Of a stretch of DNA of 64,000 bases, positions 40,262 to 53,087 are shown piece by piece. How positions within the stretch are numbered: position 1 is the first letter of the stretch; each line of letters opens with the position of its first letter. The position numbers were made by a program, and so were the translations under genes. Source of the DNA: Octopus sinensis. Taxonomy: Eukaryota. The notes beneath the pieces were generated by a model. It had not been told where the DNA came from, did no database searches, and saw nothing but the letters and a program-made list of their open reading frames with translations. The stretch spans positions 180,544,001 through 180,608,000 of the forward strand of contig NC_042997.1 in NCBI RefSeq assembly GCF_006345805.1, written 5' to 3'.

Positions 40262-42060
40262 TATCAGAGATGACTTAGATATGTTAAACCACCTTCCAAA
40301 AAAAGCCAAGGAAGAAAGAATCATGGTTTCATTTGATGTAGTTAACTTATATACCAGTATACCTCATAATTATGGACTAGTTCTGGCTGGACCAATTTCC
40401 GGAAGAAATACCAAAAAGGATCAGTAAAGAATTCATTACTAAATCAATTGAATTCATCCTACATAATAACCACTTCATGTTTGACAATACATTTTACCGT
40501 CAAAAATCCGATATTGCTATGGGTACAAGGGCAGCACCAGTCATTGCGAACCTAACAATGGGCTACCTGGAAATAATCATTTACCAGGAATATTTATCAA
40601 TCTTTGGAAACCCCCTCTCTCAATACATAAAAGAGAATTGGAAACGATTCCTGGATGATTGTTTTATACTCTGGAATGAAAACACAGATAAACTCCTAAA
40701 ATTTAAAAACCTATTGAACAGCATAAACCCAAATATACAGTTCAGAATGGAATACAACCAAAAGGAGCTCCCATTCTTGGATATACTACTTAAAAAAATT
40801 AACCTTAAAATAGAAACAGACATTTTTTACAAAGCCACAGATGCCAAACAATACCTTCTTTTTAATTCATGCCACCCAAGACACACTAAAACAAACATCC
40901 CCTTCAACCTTGCAAGAAGGATATGCACAATAGTTTCAGAACAAAATACCAGGAACTTTAGACTGCAAGAACTCAAAAACACCCTAATTGACAGACATTA
41001 CCCAGCTCAACTCATAGAGGATGGGATCAGATGTGCAACAGAAATCAACATAGAAACTTTAAGAAAAGTTCAACACAACAATACACCTTCCCCGAAAATA
41101 CTACCTTACATATCTACATACAACCCCAGAAACAAAGAAGCCTTCACCATCATCACCCAGAATTTACCAATACTTCATAAGGACCCCAAATTAAAGGAAA
41201 TTCTAAACATACACCAAATCATTAAAAGCTACAAACAACCTAAATCACTTAAAAAGATTCTCACAAAGGCAAAATTGTTTTCTGAAATTACGGATGCAAA
41301 AGTAAAGAAATGTGGTAGACCGAACTGTGCAACATGTCCAAACCTGCTAGAAGGAGCAGAATTCCTCTTCAAAGAGGGACAGAAATTCAAGATCAAATCT
41401 AATTTTACTTGTGCCTCTGAAAACATAATTTATGTCATAAAATGCTCGGGCTGCCACCAAAACTATGTGGGATCCACGGGACTATCACTCAGACGTAGAT
41501 GCACACTGCATCGACAACAGATTGCATTCCCAGAATACAGAATGATACCTTTTAGTGAGCACATTGAGAAATGCGCAAAGCAACTACTACCACAATTTTT
41601 AATCTTTCCATTTTACCAATGTGCTATCGGATCATCAACACAAACTAGACCAAACAAGGAAACATTCTTCATTGAAAAGTACAAGCCCAGACTTAACCAT
41701 TCCAACATACTTATACAGAGAAATTCACCCCAAAGGAAAGGAAAAAAATTTAAGCGATTATCTCCCTTACACCGGAAGAAATCACTTATTACCTCCCCTT
41801 ATTTAGAACTCTTTTCAACATAAACATAACGATAACTCTTCTCAACATAAACATAACGACGTAAGAAATTTGAAAAGCTAAACGCGAAACCGGCCTTTCT
41901 TCTAAACTATGTCAGTGTAAGGAAAATAAAAATTATAATATTCTTCAGACATATTGACTTAAATATATATTCTTTAACCTTTTAAAACAAGCCTTCTGTA
42001 GTTTTTTCACTTTTTACTATTTTCTATATATTCAACCACGTGCTTTCACAAACCAACTTT
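40262..42060 (+). mobile_element. 5'-truncated Penelope-like element (Neptune-like, Cys-rich linker)
   Basis: SFDVVNLYTSIP, YRQ..IAMGT..AP, WKRFLDDCF, LPFLDI, SCHPRH..NIP, KCGRPNCATC, IIYVIKC..YVGST..RRR..H (GIY-YIG); ends in (TA)n. Confidence 0.9.
40477..41823 (+). CDS. PLE RT C-terminal half plus GIY-YIG endonuclease (448 aa open segment; probably not expressed, 5' part frameshifted and truncated)
   Basis: ORF track plus the motifs above. Confidence 0.75.
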   Translation: MFDNTFYRQKSDIAMGTRAAPVIANLTMGYLEIIIYQEYLSIFGNPLSQYIKENWKRFLDDCFILWNENTDKLLKFKNLLNSINPNIQFRMEYNQKELPFLDILLKKINLKIETDIFYKATDAKQYLLFNSCHPRHTKTNIPFNLARRICTIVSEQNTRNFRLQELKNTLIDRHYPAQLIEDGIRCATEINIETLRKVQHNNTPSPKILPYISTYNPRNKEAFTIITQNLPILHKDPKLKEILNIHQIIKSYKQPKSLKKILTKAKLFSEITDAKVKKCGRPNCATCPNLLEGAEFLFKEGQKFKIKSNFTCASENIIYVIKCSGCHQNYVGSTGLSLRRRCTLHRQQIAFPEYRMIPFSEHIEKCAKQLLPQFLIFPFYQCAIGSSTQTRPNKETFFIEKYKPRLNHSNILIQRNSPQRKGKKFKRLSPLHRKKSLITSPYLELFST

Positions 42061-42103
<43 letters not shown>

Positions 42104-43184
42104 TATATATATACACTTATATCATATATATATGTATGTATGTAAGTATGTATACATATATACATATTCATATGCATGTATGTCTCATGCAACTGTTTTA
42201 TTGAATAACCTTATTTTGCTTCCTATGTATTTGGCCGAAATATGAATTCGCTTCCAATTTCTGAAACCTTTAAATATATAAATGCGACTCATGTTCAAAA
42301 AATCATTAAAGCGATCTACTCTAGAAGACATATGCATGCAAGTTATTATTATTATTTTTTTTTTGTTTGTTTGTTTTTTTGTATACTACTAATTCATTCT
42401 CTAGGTAGTTCAATGTTTCAATTATTTCCCAACGTCCCAACCGGTTTCTTCAAGTCTGCATCGCTAAATGAACTGAATGTTTGATGACTGTCTAGTGTCC
42501 CGTTTTACGATGAAATTTTAAGCGTTTTGGTCCTTGTCTAATTCCTTGGCACCTATCATTAAATCAATACGGAATAATTAGTTTATATAGTGTACATAAT
42601 GAGATTCTGTACGAAGTGTCAGGTAAATGGCTCAGTGAAGGCCACTAATAACTGATAATTTAGGGAAATAATCTAATTACGGTTGATTAGTATATGTTTC
42701 AAAGTCACATAGCATTCCCTTACTGCTATCATTTTTCATTTAACTCACCAGAGCTTCGTCGATGGTCACTGAGATGTGTCGGTGTGTTATGCTGGCGTGG
42801 TTCCAAATACATAATTAATGAAAATAGTCTCAGCTCCAGTTAATTGTTGAAAAATACGATTACATATTATTCACTGAATAACATCAAAATTGTTATTCTT
42901 TTTTGTAAAATCCATTGTCTTTCACTCTCTCTCTCTCTCTTTCTCACACACACACAGTCTGTCTCACACACACTTCTCCTTCCACAGACACAGACACACT
43001 CTCTCATGCGTTTCTTAATAGAGACATACGCACAATTATATCTGCACAGTAAGCCATACAGATATACACACAGATACTTACATACATACACACATACATG
43101 CATACATACATACATACGTACATACATACATACATACATACATACATACATACATACATACATACATACATACATACATACAAG

Positions 43185-44205
43185 TGAAAATGGAGAGAAC
43201 TATAAACCAGACTAGCAGCATGTCCATCAATGATTTGACTGTTTCCCCTACATCTGACAAGGAATGTTCCAAGTATCTAGTGGTGGATGAAAACATATCT
43301 TACAATGGCACTTGTAACATAACACGTGTCACTAAATGATATTGCAGCCGAATAAAGAAAATTTGGACCTCAATAAAACAGTGGCCAGAATGTGTTTGCA
43401 GTGACAGTACTCACACCAACATTTGGGCTGCTTGATTACACGCTTGATCAGATCTGTGCCATTGGTGTGAAAACCCGAAAAATACTATCAAGCACACAAT
43501 TTTCACATAAACAGTGACGTAGACCGCCCCTACCTAAAACGAAAACAAGGCGGCAGAGGCTCAACATCGATCCAAAATGCATTTGACTATCGTATCATAT
43601 CCCTTCGACAACATCTTTTAACCACCAAATGTCGAAGTGCATCCCTTGACCAAGTTTGCATACACGAGGCTAATAACATCATAAGGCTTGGAAGGCAGCC
43701 CCTTTGTGCAACATTCCTTGTCTGATAGCCTAGAATACATGTCCAAATAAGTCGTAAAACTCTGCCGCAATATATTATCAGATGAAAGGATGAGCCTATA
43801 TGAGCGGAAGTCTATGCATGAATATATTAGTAGAAAGCTCCGAGATGATAGTAATATTGATCACCAAAGCAGTCTATCACGGATCAATAACCGGATTACT
43901 ACCTTCCACTTTGAAGGGTATGCATCTACACTCCAGGAACAAGTAATATCAACCAAATACCTGATGCACAAAAGGGATAGAGATGCAGGAAAAGCAGTAA
44001 AATGTGACAACCGATGCAGACTTTGTGAAGTTAACAACGAAAATATCACCCACATCATAAACATTTGTCCGAAAATGTCATAACGATGTTATCTAACGAT
44101 GAGACATGATGTAACGATAACCTCGAGGGCAAAGAAATAAGAAAACCACAGTATAGTAGGAGCCATAGCCACTCAAAATAAAAAGGAGTGCAGGTGGAAT
44201 GTCGC
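43185..44205 (+). mobile_element. Old R4/Dong-clade fragment (third subfamily)
   Basis: KYLVVDENISYNG, FAVTVLTPTFGLLD, SDVDRPYLKRKQGGRG, FEGYASTLQEQVISTKYL and CRLCEVNNENITHIINICP. Confidence 0.8.
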
Positions 44206-44715
44206 TGTACAAAACAGCAATCCAACCGCGGAATGTCGGGCCCAGGCCAGCCTTCTCGAGGACCGCCGTCAAGTACCGATAGTCGACCCTATCAAATGCT
44301 TTAGACTGGTCTAAGTACACTAGTGTCCCCTGCGCCAGAAAGCTTCCCCACCCTCTCTAAGGCGTAACGTATAAGGTGGAGATTTTTGTGGATCTTCCTG
44401 CCCGTGATAGCGCACGTTTGCGCTTCCCCTACAAATCTGTCAACGAGTCCTTCCTGATCAACATCACCAGCCCCGGTTCGCAGACTTGGGAATTCTCCGA
44501 TTCTGCTACCAATTGGCGTAGACTCTGGCCGGCATGTGCCTGAACAATTCTGGCATACTTTTGTAAAATTCATAAAGCAGACCATCAAGACCCGGCGACC
44601 TCTCCCCGGGGCATTCGCCCATTACCTTGATCACTTCCTCGGCTGTGATTGGCCCTTCACAGCACTCAGCCTCTCGTGCCGAGAGACGCGGGCCGCCGTA
44701 CAGGAATACAATAAT
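44205..44715 (-). mobile_element. Tx1/L1-clade RT fragment
   Basis: EGPITAEEV..RSPGLDGLLYEFY, QTCAITGRKIHKNLHLIR and [29 protein letters not shown]. Confidence 0.82.
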
Positions 44716-46364
44716 ATCTGCAGCAGAAGATTGACTCAAGTTCGAATTTTTTTAGTTCTCTACTTTAACTATCCTCCAAATTAAAACGGGAAAATGAGAG
44801 TCGGAAAACAAGGGTGCTTACAAGATTTGTTTATATCGCTTTTCTAAATGGTATCTGATTAGCAATTTGCAGTGAATGTAACACTTTCCTGCATATGGAT
44901 TGAGTTATGGGTAGGAGATTTATTGTTAGATATCTTTGTATTACTAAACTACAAAGACAGAGCATTCTAGACATTTTCAACTGAAACCTTCCACATCAAG
45001 CATAATAATAGTCTATATGTGGAATTAATTTTTCAAGAAATTTCAAAGTATCACTAAACTTGTTTAATTTTTTTCTGTCCGGTAACATAAATTGTAAATG
45101 CAATTTGCTTTTTTATATGTGTAATAGGAATATCCTTACGGTAGCGTACAATTATAATAGACAGTGTGGTTTTAGCAATTTATAGAAGAAACAAATGTCA
45201 ATAAGTTATTATCTGTTAAAATATAAATTTCAAGATTTTCTCTACATAATCCGTTGAAAATTTCCAAATTTCAACTTGTTGCGATATGCATCTCTGTTGC
45301 ATCATCATCTTTGAGATATATTTGTTGACTTAATCTTCTGATATGCCCGATATTTTCCACGCCAGAAATTGGAATATAACTGCAGAAACCCGAAGGAGAA
45401 TTTCTGTTTCATATCAAAACATGTTTATGTTGAATATTCTATCAATGCAAAACAAAACTAGGCTTGGTAGACAATTAGTTACAAGCAAAAACGCAAACTT
45501 TTTTTACATATAAAGTCTTCTTCATTTAAGCTAATTTTTCTAAGGAAATAAATGAAACATTATAAGATACCTATCATGTACAAAGATAAAAAATTTAACG
45601 AAAAAAATCTTTGGCGTATACTACAAATAAAATTTTTGTTGTAAATTCAATAGTTTATTCATATACACATATACATACATATATGTATGTGTGTGATGTG
45701 GGGTGATAGATGTACATACAAAAGCAGTCTACCAAATAAAACACGCAAATATACATACGCAAACACACATACACGGAAACATAATTAAATACATATATAC
45801 ATATAGAGTAATATAGGCGTGTGTGTATGTGTCTGTCTGTGTGTGTGCATGTCTGTGAGTGCGTGTGTGTTTGTGTGTGTATAAGTGCGTATAAGTGTAT
45901 ATGCGTGTATATAGTTTTAATGACTTTGAAATGAATCAGATTCAAACTGAAAATAACACCATGAAAAGCATAAAGGAATATTAATTTACCTGGCTTCTAT
46001 TTATTTGCATATTAGGTTTATAATGTGCAGATCTACTAATGCAATATTCATGTTCAACGTTTATTTATTCATTCAGGTATCTGTTTTATTTCGTTTGTTC
46101 CCTCAATTGATTCTATCTTCAAGAAACGGAAAAATCGTTTACAATTTACTAACGAATAAATTCAGCTTCCATATATCTCTCTCTCTGGGTTTCTCTCTTT
46201 CTCACTGTCCTTCTTTCGAACGAACTCTAACACTCATCGTCACTCGCTTCATATATATGTGTGTATATGTGTGTATGTTTGAGTGTGTGTGTGCGTATGC
46301 ATGTATGTATATATACGGTATGTATCTATGTATGCATATTACGTATATTTAAGTGTGTGTGTGT

Positions 46365-46368
46365 ATGG

Positions 46369-46400
<32 letters not shown>

Positions 46401-46437
46401 ATATTATATATTTATATATTTATACATATATATATAT

Positions 46438-46507
<70 letters not shown>

Positions 46508-46534
46508 AATATATATATATATTATATATATATA

Positions 46535-46600
<66 letters not shown>
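46365..46600. repeat. Long interrupted (TA)n
   Basis: Directly read. Confidence 0.95.
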
Positions 46601-47905
46601 CATGGATAGATAGATTGATAGATGGATAGGAACATTACAAACATGCATAATGCATACATATAACTATATGTTTATATATAAATATACGTAGGTGTGTGTG
46701 CACGTTTTGCTTGCGATTCTTTCGTGAATACATGCTTGTGTATGTTAACTTGTCTTTATCTGAAGAAATGTATACAAATTAGTCAATTTTATGTCATACA
46801 TCTGTATACAGTGTAAACAAAAGGTGCAAATTATATTTTACTGTGTTTAATTTAACCGGCTAACTTATAATATGTATATGTGTATTAGACAAACATTCTT
46901 CTACGATTTGTAATGCGCTCGTACCCGACATACACATATATAAAACATTGGCATATTTTTACTTATTTATATATTTATTTATTTGTTTCTATAACGAACG
47001 ACATTCATTTATTTCAATAGCTGAGGTCGGAAAGGTGTTTGAATAAAACTTGAATACGGATAGTGTAAATATAGTTGGCAAACATATTATTACCTCTAAT
47101 AATACTATGTAATATAGCAGTGTGTTGTGAATGTAAATATTTTCAGTTACATCATTTTGTATATTTTGTGTTAATACTTCTCGCTAACTTGCATTTATAT
47201 TCTTTTCTCATACGTTTTGTATTTTATTTTATTTTTTTTTTTACTTGAATGAATATATAAATGACAAAGTTCAATAAAAATAAAACTTGTGAGAAATTTA
47301 ATCAACGATATTTATAAAGATAAATAATAAAATACACCAGCGTATTTTATACGTGGAATCAATAAAAGGAAAAAAAAGGAATAAACGCGAATCGTTCAAT
47401 AAACGGTTTCGTTTGGTATTAAATTGAAATCCCATTTTATATCATGCGACAAGATTTGTAACGATTTCGTTTCTCTTTTCTGGAATACGAATCTTAATGG
47501 ATATAGGGAGCAAGATGTAAAATAAGAAAAAAATATCAAACAGTGCTGATATCAGAAAGTATCCTGGTAACTGTTCGAAAAAAAGGAAGAAACATGGATT
47601 TATAGATTTATTTATTTTTACCCATTCAGGTACGATCTTACGAGAAACACAATAGTGAATGCGCTATTATCTGAAGATATGAACTTTTTTTAGGACAACA
47701 CTTTGTTATTTTCCAGTTTTAAGCCATTTGTTTATTGGATGAGTAGTGGGCGTTACCATTTTATGTGTATGTGCATATGTATGCATACATGTGTATGTTC
47801 GGGTACCTTATAAAACGAGATTTGCTAGTAAATAGTGCAGCTATAGGATTTTCAGTTTATAACGAGACATTAACTACACAGTTTAACATTGATTTCTCTC
47901 TCTCT

Positions 47906-47939
<34 letters not shown>

Positions 47940-47946
<7 letters not shown>

Positions 47947-49696
47947 GTTTTCTGTGAGTAGGTGAGATGTGTGTATGCGTATGCATAGTTTCAGGGAAGC
48001 AATGGGTTATGCTAAATATTCTTTTCTACTCTAGGCACAAGTCCCAAAATTTTGGGGGAGGGGACCAGTCGATTAGATCGATCACAGTACGCAACTGGTA
48101 TTTAATTCATCGACCCCGAAAGGATGGAAAGCAACGTCGAACTCGGCGGAATTTGAACTCAGAACGTAAAGACAGACGAAATACCTAGTTCTTTACTACC
48201 CACAAGAGGCTAAACATAGAGGGGAAAAACAAGGATAGACACAACGATTAAGTCGACTACATCGACCCAGTGCGTAACTGTTACTTATTTAATCGACCTC
48301 AGTGCGTAACTGGTACTTATTTAATCGACCCCGAAAGGATGAAAGGCAAAGTCGACCTCCGCAGAATTTGAACTCAGAACGTGGAGACAGACGAAATACC
48401 GCTAAGCATTTCGCCCGGCACGCTAAAGTCTCTGCTAGCTCGCCGCCTGTGCCATACTAAATATTACATTAAAACTTGTTATAGGTGAGATGATGCTAGA
48501 TAAGAAAATACAATGTAAAACTTCAACAGTTGTTAGATGTTCAATTTTGTAATTCTCTTAATTTGCACTCTTTTGGCTTTAAGTTCTAATCTTATATACA
48601 AGCATACGTTCATGCAAACTTCGTAGACATGACTTAACTACAATCCTAGACACTTTTCTGTTTAAAAATATTTGTAAGACATGCAGTAGTTTTGTTTTGT
48701 CAATAGTAGGACTTACTACTGACAATATTTATCAATTGAAGAGATGGCCTTCTTCTGTAAAGAAGCTGCAATCATCATATACATACATACATATATATAT
48801 ATAATATATATATATATATATTATATATATATATATATATTATATATATATATATGTATATAGTTTTCTGTGAGTAGGTGAGATGTGTGTATGCGTATGC
48901 ATAGTTTCAGGGAAGCAATGGGTTATGCTAAATATTCTTTTCTACTCTAGGCACAAGTCCCAAAATTTTGGGGGAGGGGACCAGTCGATTAGATCGATCA
49001 CAGTACGCAACTGGTATTTAATTCATCGACCCCGAAAGGATGGAAAGCAACGTCGAACTCGGCGGAATTTGAACTCAGAACGTAAAGACAGACGAAATAC
49101 CTAGTTCTTTACTACCCACAAGAGGCTAAACATAGAGGGGAAAAACAAGGATAGACACAACGATTAAGTCGACTACATCGACCCAGTGCGTAACTGTTAC
49201 TTATTTAATCGACCTCAGTGCGTAACTGGTACTTATTTAATCGACCCCGAAAGGATGAAAGGCAAAGTCGACCTCCGCAGAATTTGAACTCAGAACGTGG
49301 AGACAGACGAAATACCGCTAAGCATTTCGCCCGGCACGCTAAAGTCTCTGCTAGCTCGCCGCCTGTGCCATACTAAATATTACATTAAAACTTGTTATAG
49401 GTGAGATGATGCTAGATAAGAAAATACAATGTAAAACTTCAACAGTTGTTAGATGTTCAATTTTGTAATTCTCTTAATTTGCACTCTTTTGGCTTTAAGT
49501 TCTAATCTTATATACAAGCATACGTTCATGCAAACTTCGTAGACATGACTTAACTACAATCCTAGACACTTTTCTGTTTAAAAATATTTGTAAGACATGC
49601 AGTAGTTTTGTTTTGTCAATAGTAGGACTTACTACTGACAGTATTTATCAATTGAAGAGATGGCCTTCTTCTGTAAAGAAGCTGCAATCATCATAT

Positions 49697-49731
<35 letters not shown>

Positions 49732-49750
49732 ATATATATATATATATATA
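47940..49750. repeat. Near-identical 916 bp tandem duplication
   Basis: Unit starts at 47940 and 48856; identical ORFs at 47967 and 48883; differences seen are A48725 vs G49641 and the TA tract. Confidence 0.95.
48018..48447 (-). mobile_element. SINE family C head-to-tail multimer (duplicated at 48934-49363)
   Basis: Two bodies with different tails, joined at gacgaaatacctagttcttt. Confidence 0.85.
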
Positions 49751-50023
49751 GTTATCGCCATACTAATATGGCATTCTTATAAAAATAAGAATAAAGCTGT
49801 CCGTTTATTAGCTCCATGAGGCCATCGCCTTAAGTTAGCTATTTGATACACAAACTGTATCCATATAACCTTTGAACAAGGGAGGTCAGTCGCTCCACAC
49901 TACTTGGCCGGCAGCTACAGACGTGTATCAAATAGCTAACTTAAGGCGATGGCCTCATGGAGCTAATAAACGGACAGCTTTATTCTTATTTTTATAAGAA
50001 TGCCATATTAGTATGGCGATAAC
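49751..50023. mobile_element. MITE with perfect 101 bp TIRs and TA target duplication
   Basis: 49751-49851 is the exact reverse complement of 49923-50023; TA on both sides. Confidence 0.9.
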
Positions 50024-50086
50024 TATTATTTTCCGGGAACGCTGCCGTTGTTCTCTTTTAGAGAGACTTAGTAATTTTAATATTTC

Positions 50087-50152
<66 letters not shown>

Positions 50153-50793
50153 GTATATATGTATGTGTATATATATGTGTATATATATAGATAGATACAT
50201 ACATACATACATACACACATACGTATACGTATACATATATATATATACATACATAAATACGTACATAGATATGTGTGTGTGCGTGTATGTATGTAAAGCA
50301 GTGCCTACATCTAGACATCTAATGATGTTTTCATACATTATCTATATAAATATATGGATAACTGTTTCGGTCGCCGTTTGCCCCTAGCAGAAAACAGAAT
50401 GTTACGGGAGTACGCTGTTCCTTCGTTCCAGCCATTGCAAAAATCGATGAACAGGGGAGAAGCACTGCAAAACAAAGACGCACCGCGTGGCAGTACGACT
50501 ACACCCGACGACGCCGAAAGGCAGACTGATGTCTGAGAATTGCATCAAGTGGCTTTCAGCGGCGGATGCTTGAACTACAAAGGGTTTGTCCAACAGAGAG
50601 CATTTCCGATTACTTTGGGGTACACCTTCGCATATATGTTTTATATTTGTATCGCTCTCCTTCTGTGTATATATGTATATGTACGTGTGTGTCTATCGTC
50701 TGCCTGTCTGTACATATCTGAGATTGTTTGTGAGAGTGTAAAGAATTTCAGGCTACAATATCATTAACTCATTGATAATTTGCAAGATATGTA

Positions 50794-50995
50794 CCGTATT
50801 TGACGGCATATAGGACGCACTTTTTTCCAAAAAATTTGGCTCAAAAAATCGCCCTGCGTCTAATATGCGAAGTCAAGACCCTCCCGTAGGCTGATCTTCT
50901 CCCAGACGCTCACTAACCTAGCTTACGATAAGTATTTCTACCTACGCTAACGCCTTAATGATATTTTCCGTACTCATGCATCATTATGTTATTGC

Positions 50996-51045
<50 letters not shown>

Positions 51046-51413
51046 GTATTATTACTTTAAAATACGAATTATCGTAAAAATCAAAGCAATCTACCGTAAA
51101 TTGTTAGGCTGCGATCCATGACACACGTTTATTAATATCAGCTGATCGGAACCTTAACACGATGCCATCTGACGGTGAGGAGTAAAACTACGGAATGCAC
51201 ATGATCGTTGCGAGTTCATGTATATACGGAGGTAGGATGGATATCTTGGTACAACAAAATTTTCAGCAATGTTTTCTGCTTTTGTAATGTGCTGCTAGAC
51301 TGCTTTTAACAATATATGCTTAAATACACTTAAAACTTTTTTTCCTGAATTTGACCTGCTGAAATGAGGGTGCGTTTAATATGCCAGTGCGTCTAATATA
51401 CCGTCAAATACGG
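50794..51413. mobile_element. pogo/Tigger-like MITE
   Basis: 27 bp TIRs CCGTATTTGACGGCATATAGGACGCAC with 3 mismatches, TA TSD, internal (TAT)n. Confidence 0.85.
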
Positions 51414-51852
51414 TATATATTAATTAATTGTTAAATGTCTCAATGTCTTGTATATATAAGCACGTAGTTAATATATAATGTATATATGTACATAAGAAAA
51501 TTAATATCGGATCAAATTACTTGTTCTTAATATTATTGACTATTTATTTTGTACAGTATCCCTCCTTGTAATGGAATGACAACATAGTACGGATATGTCT
51601 GCCGGTATAAATATTAATATGCGTATGGTTGCACGTGTGTGCGTGTGTGTTGTGCAATCGTAACCACTCTTTTTTAATCATATATTGTGCAAAACTTACA
51701 AGTGTAATGTTCACAGACCTTGGATCACCACATTGCTGATAATATGCAAGAGTACATGAGCCAAAGTACTTGATTTTAACTAAGAACGACTCCTTAATGA
51801 AGGAATTAGTGCTATGATGCCCAGAAATTCTGAACTACTCTTATCTATACTA

Positions 51853-53087
51853 TAGTGTGACCCAAAAGTCACAGAAGGTTTGCAATCTTTGATAATTCTT
51901 TTACTTTTGATCGTTTTTTTTTTCTGGGATTTTATGGACTAAGTCCTGGAAATTAATTATGGAAAAATATGACACCGCACTACGTACCCAGGCGGTAAAA
52001 TTGTTCTATCAAAACCAGGGTCAATTATTCAAATCCAGAGAGCACTAAAGAAAATTGCTATCCATAAATTGTACAGTATGATGTGCAATTATGTTGAATG
52101 AGATAATCGGGTCTTATTTCTTTCAGGACGAGGATAAGAATGCTGTCAAAGTGACTGGTCAGTGGTACAGATCCATCATCGAGAACTTGTTGTGCCCGGC
52201 CATTCAAAATAGGCCCGATATATAGTTCCAACACGATGAGACAACTACTCATACTGCAAGAGAGACAATATAGTTTCTGAGGCAATATTTTGGAGTAAGA
52301 ATTCTCTCTCGCTAATGTGATGACAACTGGCCATCGCGTTCTCAGGATTTGACCAACCCTGACTTGTGGGGTGCCTAAAGAAGGTTTATGCCAACAAACC
52401 AGAAATCCCGGAGCAATTGAAGGAGAATATCACTAGAGAAATTAGTGAACTGGACCCTGAAACCCATACTGATGTCATGGAAAACATTTTGAAAAGTGCA
52501 CGGATGTGTGAAGCCGAAAATGGATGTCATTTGAAACATGTCATTTTTCATACGAAATGCAGAGTCATGATAAAAAAGGACTAATGAAAACTAATCTCCA
52601 TTATCTCCTATATATTGAATTAACATTTCACATACCTATTTCTTTACTACCCACAAGGGGCTAAACACAGAGAGGACAAACAAGGACAGACAAACGGATT
52701 AAGTCGATTATATCGACCCCAGTGTGTAACTGGTACTTATTTAATCGACCCCGAAAGGATGAAAGGCACAGTCGACCTCGGCGGAATTTGAACTCAGAAC
52801 GTAGCGGCAGACGAAATACCTATTTCTTTACTACCCACAAGGGGCTAAACACAGAGAGGATAAACAAGGACAGACAAACGGATTAAGTCGATTATATCGA
52901 CCCCAGTACGTAACTGGTACTTATTTAATCGACCCCGAAAGGATGAAAGGCAAAGTCGACCTCGGCGGAATTTGGAATCAGAACGCAGCGACGGACGAAA
53001 TACTTCTGAGCATTTCGCCCGGCGTGCTAACGTTTCTAAAAATAGTTATTACAAAATAAATCTCCCAGTGACTTTTGGGCTATCCTG
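51853..53087 (+). mobile_element. Internally deleted Tc3-like (DD~37D) Tc1/mariner element with a nested SINE dimer
   Basis: TIR cores cccaaaagtcac at both ends with TA; FQHDETTTHTA...WPSRSQDL (36 codons between the two Asp residues) and LKKVYANKP..LKENI. Confidence 0.8.
52635..53037 (-). mobile_element. SINE family C head-to-tail dimer
   Basis: Two near-identical bodies joined at gacgaaatacctatttcttt. Confidence 0.9.

Noticed and set aside
42745-42810. Minus-strand exon ending at a GTGAGT donor
   Set aside because: No convincing acceptor or homology; such donors are frequent by chance.
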